Below are positions 40,846 through 53,406 of a stretch of 64,000 nt of DNA, piece by piece. The position numbers and the translations under genes are program-made. The stretch lies in the NCBI GenBank assembly GCA_951406725.2, contig OX597816.1, positions 49,600,001-49,664,000 on the forward strand, read 5' to 3'. Position 1 is the stretch's first letter. Every line of letters starts with the position of its first letter. Under the pieces are notes generated by a model, which ran no database searches, was not told where the DNA came from, and worked only from the letters and a program-made list of their open reading frames with translations. This DNA is from Octopus vulgaris (Eukaryota).

Positions 40846-41211
40846 AAAAAAGGAAAAGGCACGCGCACACTGGTACATGCAACCGCATCTTTATGTATCT
40901 ATCTTTCCTTACCTATATAACAACAGTAAGAGGAACAACAATGTCAACAGCAAAAACAATAATCGTAAAGATCTTAATTTTGGCGCAAAGTCAGCAATCT
41001 TAGTGGTGAAGTAATAAATAGATTACATCGATCCCAGTGCTTGACAGGTCCTTATTTCATTGAATCTCTTAGGATGGAAGGCAAAATTAACCTTGGTGGA
41101 ATTTGAACACAGAACATAAAGACAGACGAAATCATTTTGCCCGACGTATTTACGATTCTGCCAGTTCACCTCCTTAATAATGATGATGATAATAACAACA
41201 ACAACAACAAC

Positions 41212-41280
<69 letters not shown>

Positions 41281-41281
<1 letters not shown>

Positions 41282-41685
41282 GACCTTATGCAGTTGAGCC
41301 TGTCCCTCAGTGGCTGACGGTATGTGCATCTCTGATCACGAGCAGCAGTAGTGGGGGAGCACCATAGCCATGTGTTGAGAGGAAGTCTTTGGGGTTTCAA
41401 CAATTCACTCTTGGAATCATGAGTGTTTCGTTCAACATCCTTAAACAACCCTTATTCAGGGAACTTTTGATCAGGATGGGCTACTCGACCTGAAGAAAAT
41501 TCTGTCTGGGCCTCCCCTGCAAGGTCATGTGCTGTTTATACTTCATATGAAATCATGCCGCGCACATATGGTTGTGATGCATGTGCCTGGTGTACCCTTA
41601 TCAGACGGGTAGTCATGATGGGTATACTAGGCTTCGTATATTTTACCCCAGTGTCACTTTGAGGGCATGCACTGCTCTCTCACTC
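41281..41685 (+). mobile_element. Truncated second copy of the (AAT)n-embedded non-coding repeat
   Basis: Colinear with about 21307-21704 and also flanked by AAT/AAC tracts. Confidence 0.75.
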
Positions 41686-41706
41686 GACGACAACAACAAC
41701 AACAAC

Positions 41707-41742
<36 letters not shown>

Positions 41743-41794
41743 GTTGATAATAATAACAATAATGATAATAATAATGATAGTAATATATTATATT

Positions 41795-42075
41795 TGTAGC
41801 TAGTTGCCCCAGTATCCCATGCATCCCAGTAGTTACAGGTGCATTAGGAACTATCCCCAAAGATCTGAACAGATACATAGAGGAAATAGGCATGAAACCC
41901 AGTTTAGTACATCTTCAGAGAAAAATGTTATTAGGGACAGCTAGGATACTTAGGACAGATCTTGGAATTTAAGGTTACGTGTTGTAACACAATAGGAGGG
42001 TTCTTCGCATCTAAGGCCACTTGTTGTAGCCCAATGTTAAGATTCTTTTCTTTGCCAAAATCTATTGAGTGTATA
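41795..42075 (+). mobile_element. R4/Dong-type LINE extreme 3' fragment
   Basis: IPVVTGALGTIPKDLNRYIEEIG...LLGTARILR, followed by a short UTR and AAT repeats. Confidence 0.75.
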
Positions 42076-42161
42076 ATAATAATAGCAACAACAAGAACAC
42101 CAGCAGCAGCAACAGCAGCAACAACGACAACAACAACAACAACAGCAACAATAATAATAGA

Positions 42162-45100
42162 AGGCGAATGAACCGCGAATTGGGGACTTAACTCCGGAAG
42201 AAGATACGGGACAAAGTGATACTCACCTGTCTCTTAGTGAGAATCACGATCATGGTCGCCAACACATAGAAATATGGAATAGACCCAACTTATGGTTGCC
42301 CGAAAGAGCAATAAGAGCAAAAAGGTGGTTAACAGACATGGAAATAGAGGAGATAAAAAAGAAAGTAGAAGATACAAATAATACTTCACCAACAGATAAC
42401 ACGTCCAGTCGGAACAGAAAAATGAAGAGCGGCAATGGAGACGTAGAACAGAGTGTAAATGTTAAATCCATTCCCAGCAAATGAGTCAGAAATAAAAGGA
42501 AGGGCTATATCACAAGAATACGATGATGACTAACAAGGTATAGTGAAGACGCTCTGCTGATATATTAGAGAAGTAATTGATCAAGCACCCACCCCAACCT
42601 TATGTACATTGATCCTCGCAAACTCAAATTTCAAAGATAGATTCGGTTTTTGGGCAATTCTAGACGTGAAATATATCTGAAACAAACAAGCTTATTTGGG
42701 CTGCAGCTATGGTTGCTGCAGATAGAGTTGGATACAGACGAAAAGAACACACGAAACGTTAAGACGTTCTGGCGTGGACAAATTATTTGTGAGAAACAAA
42801 GTTAAAAAGACATTTAGGTCAAGTTGATAGATTGAGAATAGGGGAATTGCAGAACGAAAGCATAAGAATAATGCTGAAAAGAACATAGAGAATAAAAGAT
42901 AAAGGTTATGATGTGATATTGGAAGAATTGAAACAAAGAGTAGCAGCAATCAAAGCAAAACTGGAGAGACATTTAAGGCAAAACAAATTGTTCGAAGCAA
43001 ATCAGAAGAAACTATTTCAGGAAATAGATGGGCTAGTACAGGTAACAATGATATCACATGCAGAGGAAAGCAAATCATTCCGGAGAGAAAGCGAAGACAA
43101 ACCTGTAGAACATAATGATGAAGCGGAGTGGCTGCATGAAATCTAAGATAGGTTAAGATGTATGGAAGCCTAAGAAGACATAAAGCTAACTACAGAAATG
43201 ATTAAAAAGCAGTTAAGAAAATTTCTAAATTGGAAGAGCCCAGGACCGTTTGGGACCCAAGATTATTGAATGAAGAAGCTGAGGGAGTTCCATGAAAGGC
43301 TAGCACAATAGCTGGATGAGTGCTTGCAGGGATGTGCAGTATCCAGCTGGATGACAAATACAAAGACATTGTTATGAGCCGTGCCAAGGATACTGAAAAG
43401 GGAAATGTTGCATCCAAGTTTAGATCAATAAAATGCCTTCTGCTTATGTTGAATCTAATGTCAAGTGATTTGGCAGGTGAAAATACTTAAACAAATGTGG
43501 GCTGTTATCTACTGAACAGAAAGGGTGCCAAAAAGGGAACCGGGGAACGAAGGATCAGCTCTTAATCGATAATCTAATTATCTGGAACTGCAAGAGAAAA
43601 CTTACAAACCTGAGCATGGCATGCATTGATTATCGCAAATCATACGATACGATACTCATGGATAATAAGAACAATGGAAATATATAGTATAACAGAAAAT
43701 GAGAAACCTTATATGGAATAGCTTAAAATTCTGGAGAACGGAATTGACATCAAGGAAGCAAGTATTAGAGGAGGTGAAAACAAGAGAAGAACCTTCTACG
43801 GAGACAGTGTGTCCCTACCGATATTCATGCTGGGAATAATCCTCTTGAGTAAAATTCTGCAGGAAACAACGTTGGGCTATGATCTGGGAAGAGTAAGTGA
43901 TAACGGAAACACTTGCTATTCATGGACTGGACGACCTGAGGTAATTCTCAAAACCTGATGTAGAACTTGACAGTCTAGTGTAGTCTGTGTGGATTTTCTC
44001 CAATGATGCTATGATGGAGTTTGGACTCTCAAAATGATCTACGATGGTGATGAGACAAGGAAAGCTTGCCAAGACAGAAAGCATATGGTTGCCAAATGGT
44101 GGAATGTGAAGGCAATTCAACCTCAATCCAGCTATAAATAACTGGAAATACTTAAGGCGAACGGAGGCAAACACCACAACATGAAGGAAAAGAGAAAAAG
44201 AGAGTATCTGTGGTGTGTCATACTGGATTCAAAGCTGAATGTCAGAAACATAATTTCGGCAATAAACATGCACACAGTGGCAATAGTTCGGTACGACGCT
44301 GGAATATTGATGGGAACAGAGGAGGAGCTAAAGGAGATGGACAGGGAATTAACAAAGCTCCTAACGATGCATGGAGCCCCTCATCCACGTGCAAACACTG
44401 TTCCTCTAACATGAAGAGAGCAAATGTAAGAAGGCGACTGATAAATGTGGAAGTTTGCGTCCGTATCAACTTGAGACTTAATACGATACCTAAACCAAAG
44501 TAAAGAAACCTTGCTAGTGGCAGTTAGGAACGAGGGAGTACCAAGTGCGGAGAAAAAAAGGAAATCAAAGGAAGAAGTACAAAAGGGACAAGAAGAAGAA
44601 TTAGACAAGATACTATACAATCAATTCTATATAACCACAACAGAAGTTGCTAGAAAAAATAGGCGGGATTGGCTGATGAAAGGAACACAAAAAAAGAGAC
44701 CGGGAGCACTATACTGGCATCGCACGACTAAGCTTTGGCCATGAACTGAAGGGGTCAATATAAGGAATGAGCAAGTGTTTCTGCAATAGAGTGGATGAAA
44801 CCATTGCCCATATAACGATCGAATGCCCTAGAATGCCCAAAACCGCTACAAATTGTTGCGACTCGACCAGGTAACGAAAGTGCTAAATTGGAAACTGTGC
44901 GAAAAGTGGGGCCTAGGGAGAGGCGAGACCTGGTATGAGCACAAACCGCAGGGAGTGGCTGAATCAGGGACTAGCAAAATCCTCTGGGATTTTCCAATCC
45001 AAACAGATCAGGTGCTAGAGCGTAACAGATCAGACTTAGTAGTAGTGGATAAGATGCACCACATATGCTATATAGTTGACGTTCCATGCCCCTTTGATCC

Positions 45101-45388
45101 GCGAATAGTCAAGAAGGACGGCAAAAAGATAGATAGATAAATACAACCCTCTTAAGTATGGAATTACCTGATTATGGAAAATGAAGAAGATGAAGACAGT
45201 GCCAATTATTGTTGTTGTGTCCTTGAGAACATTGTCAGAAGGCATCAAGAGGAATATAAAGGAAATTGGAATAGTGTGCCCAAAATAGTTAGGAAAGAAC
45301 GAATAGCATGGCACTGTAGGCTACAGTTAGTAAGCCCGCTACACATGGAAAACTCCAAAAGCTCCAACAAAACTCGTGAGAAAGACAA

Positions 45389-45390
<2 letters not shown>
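42162..45390 (+). mobile_element. Near full-length decayed R4/Dong-type LINE
   Basis: RAIRAKRWLTDMEIEEI, RQNKLFEANQKK, NWKSPGP, GTKDQLLIDNLI, ISAINMHTVAIVRY, KILWDFPIQTDQVLERNRSDLVVVDK, IVDVPCPFD. Many stops and frameshifts; trinucleotide tracts at both ends. Confidence 0.9.
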
Positions 45391-45469
<79 letters not shown>

Positions 45470-45473
45470 ACTA

Positions 45474-45547
<74 letters not shown>

Positions 45548-45551
45548 ACTA

Positions 45552-45613
<62 letters not shown>

Positions 45614-45614
45614 G

Positions 45615-45650
<36 letters not shown>

Positions 45651-45675
45651 TTAATAATAATAATAATAATAGTAA
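45388..45675. repeat. Compound trinucleotide array (CTA)n(CTG)n, duplicated, then (AAT)n
   Basis: The block (cta)n-ctgctgctgctgctgttgctgctgctg-ctactactaccac occurs twice at the 3' end of the LINE. Confidence 0.9.
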
Positions 45676-46299
45676 TCATGGTTTCAAATTGTGTCACAAG
45701 CCCGGCAATTTCGGGATAGCGATTAAGTTCATTACTCTGACCTCATTCCGAGAGAATAAAACCTAAAGATAAAGTCGACCGCTTTGATTGTTTCACACAC
45801 ACAGACGCACACATACACACACACAAGCGCGCGCGCACACACACAAACACACACACACATATATATATATGAATATATACACATATATATGTACATACAT
45901 ATGTTTGTGTATACATGCATATATGGGCACAGGACACCACAGAACATAAACAACATGAAATACAAATACGAAAACATGAAATACGAACTTATTGTGCGAA
46001 CAGCGCAAGAAACAAACGGAAAACAAGGAAGCAACACGAATAAAATGATCCTTCATGAGTTGTTGGCCGTTTTCTGACAATAAAAAGAATAACATTTATC
46101 ACGACAATGATGATAATAAAACCTCCCATCTCATGTTTGTGTATATGTGTGTATGTATGTGTGTTTCCGCGTATATTAATATTATATACATACACCTCAG
46201 ATGAAAGTTTTTGTTGTTGTTGTGGTCGTTCTTGTTTTTATTGTTATTTCACACCTGAGATCTCTCGAGATAAGTTGCTCCAGCTAATTCTGTAAGAGT

Positions 46300-46725
46300 A
46301 GACAACAACCTGCTGTCTAGAGTCTCACGGTGTCTTACTCAACGTCGCTGAACATCCGAGTACCAATCTAATAATTCGCTGCCCTCAACAAAGCAGTTTT
46401 CTTATCATGTTCTATATTCATGTCAATCCCAATTTCTCCAATAAATTTCTCAAAATCTGATTGCTAATGGCTCCAATGTCCCAATAACTGGGCTAACAGT
46501 TACTTCCTTCATTGCTCACATTCGTGCGATCTCATCTTTTAGTTTTTGTACTACTCATCTTTTCCATTTCTTTATCATTCGGTCGTACATCCCCAAGTAT
46601 GCCAACATGTATGATCTTGGTTTCCTTCATCATTGTATCAACTACAACGATGTCAAGTCTCCGAGGATCAATTACTAAATCACAGCAGTTGCAAAATCCC
46701 ACAAGATGTTACACTTATTAAACAT
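46300..46725 (-). mobile_element. R4/Dong-type LINE 3' fragment
   Basis: Minus strand gives ILWDF...RRLDIVVVD...PVIGTL and KTALL. Adjacent to (ATT)n at 46733-46788. Confidence 0.75.
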
Positions 46726-46732
46726 GGCGATA

Positions 46733-46789
<57 letters not shown>

Positions 46790-47066
46790 GTATGTAAATA
46801 AATGTAAAAATTCTTCCTATCTCCCTCAGTCTCTATTTCTTTCTACCTGCAGTTTCAGTCTTCATTATCTCCCTTCGCAAAATGCACCACGTGACCTGCT
46901 TTCTGGTTATAAATCTTAACATTCTGTTTTGTTTTGACTACTCAACTGGAAAGTCCGGGTTTCACATATTTATTGTTTATGAGGTTAAAACGCACACTAT
47001 ATTTCACCCTTATCTTACGATTCTCTCTCTCACTCATTAACACACTCACTCTCTATCTATCTATCA

Positions 47067-47108
<42 letters not shown>

Positions 47109-47408
47109 ATATCTATCTATCTATCTATCTATATTACGCTTATTCACTTTATCTGTCTTTTCTACCTATCCATCTCTCCATTCTTCCTCCTTTCTCTATG
47201 CTCCTTTCTCTCTTGCTTTCTCTGTCACCGGTTCTTAATAATTACATTACTCCTTTCCCTTATTTACGTAACTTTCAATACTCCCATACATCGTTCTTCC
47301 AATCAATGAATCTCTCTGCTGTCCTTTCTTCTTCAAATCCGTTTATCTTCTTTTTATCCATTCCTCTCTCCTTTTCACTTTTCCCCACTGTGTATTATTT
47401 CCGCAAGG

Positions 47409-47453
<45 letters not shown>

Positions 47454-48346
47454 TTCAGACATTTTCTGAATTTGCCTGTACCTTTTTCTGTCTCTCCCCG
47501 TCTCGAAGGCACCTCGAAGGTCCCCAGAAGCCTTCTTACTGTTTCTCATGTTACTCATTCTATTCTGAATTGATCGGTTCGTCTTCTTTCCCAGCTCGTG
47601 ATTTCTCTTTGATTTGAAATTTAGTTGTAGCCCCTGATTTGCTTTAGGATTTTGTATTATTTTTTAACGTTCGTGTTCGATCAATTTCGATAGAACCATT
47701 ATTGTTCGTATTAGCCTTATGACATATAACTAGTCTTACTTTTGTATCTAGTGCGAAAGATATTCTATGCATATGAATTTTATTTTCTATATTATCTTGT
47801 TTTCTATATATATTATCCGTTTCTGTCTTTGCCTATTTGCTTCTTTTGACATATATCTTCCCTCTTCCCCTTGTAAATCAAGTTTATTTATTATTCAACC
47901 TATTGATTTCAACACTTTTCGTTGTAAATATTTCCTTTAATTTGTCCATCCATGATCGCTCGTTTATATTGTAGCTGCTTTTGCTGCTGGTATCAAGAAG
48001 CAGAACAAAATTGATGGTGTTGTATAGAAATGTTATTTGGTCGACACCTAATATTGTATGTGTGTGTTTGTTTTATGCTTTACTGTATATTCCTTTCTTG
48101 TCCACATTTTAATTATGTGTGTGTGTGTATGTGTGTATATATAAATATTATATATACATACAGGCATCATCTATAAACGATAAACGTCACACTTTACAAG
48201 CCTAGCCAGGCTCATGGGCACGGTTTCCCCGTTTCTGTGGCGTATGTGTTCCCTCCAGCTGCCCTAACCACTAGGCCATTGCGCCTCCACGCACCATCTC
48301 TCTCTCTCTCTCTCTGTATATATATATATTATATATGCACACATCA

Positions 48347-48400
<54 letters not shown>

Positions 48401-51102
48401 TATACACACATACATATACACACACATATATGTATGTACAAATATATAAAAATATATGCATATGTGAGAATATGTGTATGTGTTTTTGTGTGCGTGTATA
48501 TATTTAAGGCAAGAATGTGTGTCCGCGCAGTATTTGTATGGCAATGTATGTTGTAGGCCTTGAATTGTTACATCATGTCAGTGATAGTGATAAATATACG
48601 TATACATTTAAACATGTAAATAAAGAGTGAAACAATAGAATTTGCGTCTACAAATATAAATGTGCGGGTTGTCTTTAATCTACCTTTGTCTGTATCGCTG
48701 TGTGTATCTCCATGGATTTGTGTCTGTATATGTGTTTGTTTGTGCATGTATATGAACGATACTCAAACATGAAATATCTGATAATACGCCACTTATAATA
48801 CGCATTTAGGTAAAAGTACTATATACGAGATCGACTCGGTTCAATCTTTTTGAATGAATTTTGCATAGAGTGAATTTGTAGAGAAGCCTTCCGATTAGAT
48901 TGTACCAGAAATTCTAAGGTTACTGCTTTGTGATGCACTGTGTCATTGTTATGCTGCTCGAGAATTAACTTAAGCTTGCTGGTGTCTGGAAACCACAGCC
49001 ACTTGAGTTCAGCTCAAGGGGCAGTTAAGTATCTTTATCATCGAAACTGACGTAGAACAATTCAATGTATCTGTATAGATACAAGTAATGAGGTAGACAT
49101 TATACACTATTTCTTAAGCTGAAACAGTTCAATTAGTTACGAGAAATATTTTGTTTCATCCTATTTGTCGGAGTACTGAAAAGAAAGAGCAATTTTAGTA
49201 AATATGTGACAAATGAAAATGATGGGTAGAACTAAATAACCATATGAAAGCTAAGTTGATTTTTTTTTATTATGAATCTTTATTTCTTTTTGAGTATTAA
49301 AATAGAATTAAGAAGCTGTTTGCTTTATAACAGGAACATTCAAAAAGGAAACTAATAATAATGTGTATGTAATAGCTTAAATATTAACGGAAATTATTTA
49401 GTGAATAGTGACTGTGTTTTGCTTTTAGCCGGGGAATGTATAAATGTCATAACAGGCGATGGAGTTCGGTTAATGTCCTGTTTTCTTTTTTTGCTGATTA
49501 ATTGTTTGTTATTAATTAAATATGTGTAACTTATGACATGTTAATTGTATGTCTCAAACAAAATTTATACTGCCGTTATATTTAAAACGTTTCCATGTGA
49601 AATGTATGATAAATGAAAACTGCAAATTTGGAGGAATATGAAATAAAAAAAGCATTAAAATCATATAAAGATCTTTCATTTTTATCTTTATTTACAGAGA
49701 TAAAACACCAATTAAATTAAATATATTAATTTTAGATTTTAAATACGTTTTTCACGTCCGATTAAAATTGTTATTTCTGTGCATCTTATTATGTAATCAA
49801 ACGTAAATTTTTAAGTGAATAACTGTCAGGAAAGAAATTCTAGTAAATTATTTACTTCAGCTTTAATTTCTGAATATCTTATGTGTACAACATTCGCAAT
49901 TATTTACAAATAATAATTCTACTTTCATATAATTTTGTAACAAATTTTACGCAGTGCTAATATTTCTGTGTCTGACAATATGAGCATATAATTTCTATTA
50001 TAATAAGATTTAATAACGATAAAAGAAAACGTAGTAAGTATAGTAATTCTTGAAAAAAATATCTATTTTGTCTAATTCAGAAGTTCTACAGATAATAAAT
50101 GAAACTGCAAGGTAAAATATTGAAGAAACTGTATTGAATGTATAAGTTAAAAGAAACTAAAAGACTAAAAAAAAAAACTATTTAATCATTGTAGTCAGGA
50201 TGTGAGGCTTTTGCTCGAGATACTTTGCATGACCTGTGAGACTTATGGGAGAGAAAGAGAGAGAGAGGGAGGGAGAGAGAGTTACAACTAGAGACCTTGG
50301 TCGGATGCTTGCAACAGGTAAAACACAACCAATGGGATCATGTGTTTTTTCTGTTAAATAATTCAATAGGTTATGTCGCAGATTCAAGTACCCATGGGAG
50401 TAATTTGAACTCGGAATGTAAAATACTGGACCATGCACGTTACGGTATCTAGTTTTAGACGTTATTGCAATTCCTCTAAGTATTTGTTCCTGGATTTGTA
50501 CATGTTTATCACGTGTGAAAAGAGGAAAGATAAAGTTAATTCAGGCAGAGCTAAACACAAACAGCAGGAAGTCGAACGAAATATTGCAAGACATTCTCTT
50601 TATATATCTGTCGATTCTACTAATTCCCCGCCTTGAATCATAATTAACCATCAATTTGTGGACAAATTAATATTCTTCTTAAAGTTTTCCTCTAAAAAAT
50701 GTCTAGCTTTTTGAGCAGTAACGTAACATGTATTTTATCTAGCATTCCATTTTATATTCTATGGAAATGAGAGAAGGTGTGACTTCGACGATAAAAGACA
50801 ATATTAATGAGTGCTTTAAAAATTATCAATTTATAATTAGATATAATTTAGTTTTGAAGCCTTGTGAGTGAATTTATCTAAGGTTTCTAATGGTAAACAA
50901 TTATTAAACTTGTCAAATCCTAATCAAATATTTGTCGATGGGAACCTGACATAATATTAATAGAAGATGTTATTAAGATATAAAATGTGTTTCTAATAAT
51001 ATTAGGTTGATATTAATAAATATGTACGCATGATAGGTAAGATGCAAACTTAGAAGGATTTTGAAGATAATGATAAAACTATCTTCACAAGACACAAATA
51101 AT

Positions 51103-51316
51103 ATTTTCTACTCTAGGCAAAAGGCCCAAAATTTTTGGGGAGGGAGCCAGTCGATTATATCGATCCCCTGCACGCAACTGATACTTAATATATCGACCCC
51201 GAACGGATGAAAGTAAAGTCAACCTCGGCAGGATTTGAACTCAGAACGTAAAGTGTGACGAAATACCGCTAAGTATTTCGCCCCGCGTGCTAGCGTTTCT
51301 GCCAGCTGGCCGCCTT
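51103..51316 (-). mobile_element. Meta-domain-like tRNA SINE
   Basis: Same head and core as 11737. Further diverged copies at about 11535-11660(-), 20725-20935(-), 37525-37675(-), 40975-41174(-), 53453-53658(+) and 53975-54186(-). Confidence 0.82.
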
Positions 51317-51511
51317 ACAAGACACGAATAATGTAGCTGACAATTATTGTTTAACTGACTATTTACAATTGACCTTGAAGGTCGATATAAGTGTATATTA
51401 ATATAATTATCATCTGTGTTTGTATTGTTAATTGTCCTACCAATATTAGATTAAAAAAATACAGAGATGGTGGAGAAAGAACTACAGAGATGGTGGAGAA
51501 AGTACATTTAA

Positions 51512-51731
51512 CCCTTTCACTACCAACCTGGCTGAAACCGGCTCTGGCTCTGAATACAAATGTCTTGTTTTCATAAGTTTTGAATTGAAATCTTCCACCG
51601 AACCTTAGTCACAATTTATGTTCCTAGCACTAGCTTTATTTTAGCTAAGTTATTTTACTAAATTCTTTGTTATATTTGAAGTAATTGAAAGAAACATAGC
51701 GCATCTCAAAATAAATACAGTAATAAAAGGG
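51512..51731. mobile_element. piggyBac-type MITE (220 bp)
   Basis: TTAA-CCCTTTcactac at the left end and gtaataAAAGGG-gTAA at the right end (one change in the right TTAA). Confidence 0.65.
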
Positions 51732-52274
51732 GTAATATGATTGGTATGGGTATATCCAATTGCTGTAATTTTATGTTGATATGCAAATAATTTGAATTGT
51801 TTTTTTGTCTTATATTAATATCCAGTCCTCAAATTCGCGCTAACATTTTAACATTATCCTTTCCTATCAACAGGATAATTTCTTCAAAACAACTCAGAAG
51901 ACATTGAGTTTAGTAATATCAATGTTAAAAGTCAACATTAGCTACACCGGCACATTCCTTAGAAGTATCGACAATGAGGACACTGAATAATTTACAAACC
52001 TCAAGTCTTTGCACGCCCTTAAAACATCGCTAAATGGCATACAGATACTCAAAACTTTTTTTAGGTTCTGTTTCATACACAATCGAATTGTACTTCTACG
52101 CTAGACTGCCGCACGTTCACACGAACCCTATTAGTGCCTATGTATTTTCTTCACATCTCAACAGTAACTCACAATACATAAACTTTTCATTGAATACGCC
52201 AACATTACTGACATACAACATTAAACTTTTTCCCTTCATTCCAGAAAAGCCAGCCAAAATGTATATTCGTATTT

Positions 52275-52670
52275 TACTCTTTTACTCTTTTATTTGACTG
52301 CGGCCATGCTGGAGCACCGCCTTCAGTCGAGCAAGTCGACCCCAGGACTTATTCTTTGGAAGCCTAGTATTTATTCTATCGGTCTCTTGTGCCGAACCAC
52401 TAAGTTACGGGGACTTAAACACACCAGTATCGGCTGTCAAGCGATGCTCGGGGGTGGGGGACAAACACAGACACACAAACACACATATATATACATATGC
52501 ATTTATACGACGGGCTTCCTTTCAGTTTCCGTCTACCAAATCCACTCACAAGGCATTGGTCAGCCCGAGGCTATAGTAGAAGACTCTCGCCCAAGGTGCC
52601 ACGCAATGGGACTGGACCCAGAACCATGTTGTTGGTAAGCAAGCTACTTACCACACAGCCACTCCTGCCT
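52275..52670 (-). mobile_element. tRNA-derived CORE-like SINE (octopus OR-type)
   Basis: Reverse complement of the same family as 40489-40845, full length. Confidence 0.85.
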
Positions 52671-52883
52671 ATCTTGAAAGAGTTAAGCTACTACCATTAC
52701 CATACTCCTGTGCATTTAATTTCATATGCAAACGCAGGTATGCGGGATAACATTAATATTAGAAAACGCCTTTTATACACTATTAATGTCTATATTTCTA
52801 ATATGAAATTATCGGCATTGAATTGTAATTTTTATTTCTGTTATTTTAATTTTTTTGCCATAAGAAATGCGTTCTAGTTTTCT

Positions 52884-53275
52884 CTTTTACTCTTTAACTT
52901 GTTTCAGTCATTTGACTGCGGTCATGCAGGAGCACCGCCTTTAGACGAGCAAATCGACCCCATGATGTATTCTTTGTAAGCCTAGTACTTATCCTATCGG
53001 TCTCTTTTGCCGAACCGCTAAGTAACGGGGACGTAAACGCACCAGCATCGGTTGTCAAGCGATGCTGCCGGGACAAACACAGACACATAAATACACACAT
53101 ATACATATATACGACGGGCTTCTTTCAGTTTCCGTCTACCAAATCCACTCACAAGGCTTTGGTCGGCTCGAGGCTATAGTAGAAATCTCTTGCCCAAGGT
53201 GCCACGCAATGGGACTGAACTCGGAACCATATGGTTGGTAAGCAACCTACTTACCACACAGCCACTCCTGCGCCT
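52884..53275 (-). mobile_element. tRNA-derived CORE-like SINE (octopus OR-type) directly downstream of the 5S copy
   Basis: Minus-strand head aggcgcaggagtggctgtgtggtaag...gagttcagtccc, full body and tail. Confidence 0.85.
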
Positions 53276-53288
53276 ATAAATGTGTGAC

Positions 53289-53406
53289 GCTTACAGCACC
53301 TACATTTCTCAAGCGGTCTCCCATCTAAGTACTAACTAGGCTCGACGTTGCTTAACTTCGGTGATCGGACGAGAACCGGTGCTTTCAACGTGATATGGCC
53401 GTAAGC
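53289..53406 (-). rRNA. 5S rRNA copy, solitary and full length (118 nt), probably a pseudogene
   Basis: Minus strand reads GCTTACGGCCATATCACGTTGAAAGCACCGGTTCTCGTCCGATCACCGAAGTTAAGCAACGTCGAGCCTAGTTAGTACTTAGATGGGAGACCGCTTGAGAAATGTAGGTGCTGTAAGC. Terminal stem GCTTACGGC/GCTGTAAGC, box A AGTTAAGC. Substitutions cluster in the 3' third, and no T4 terminator follows. Confidence 0.93.

Noticed and set aside
46934-47617. 227-aa hydrophobic ORF, the longest in the track
   Set aside because: It is built from (CTAT)n and (CT)n pyrimidine tracts, starts at TTG and has no domain motif.
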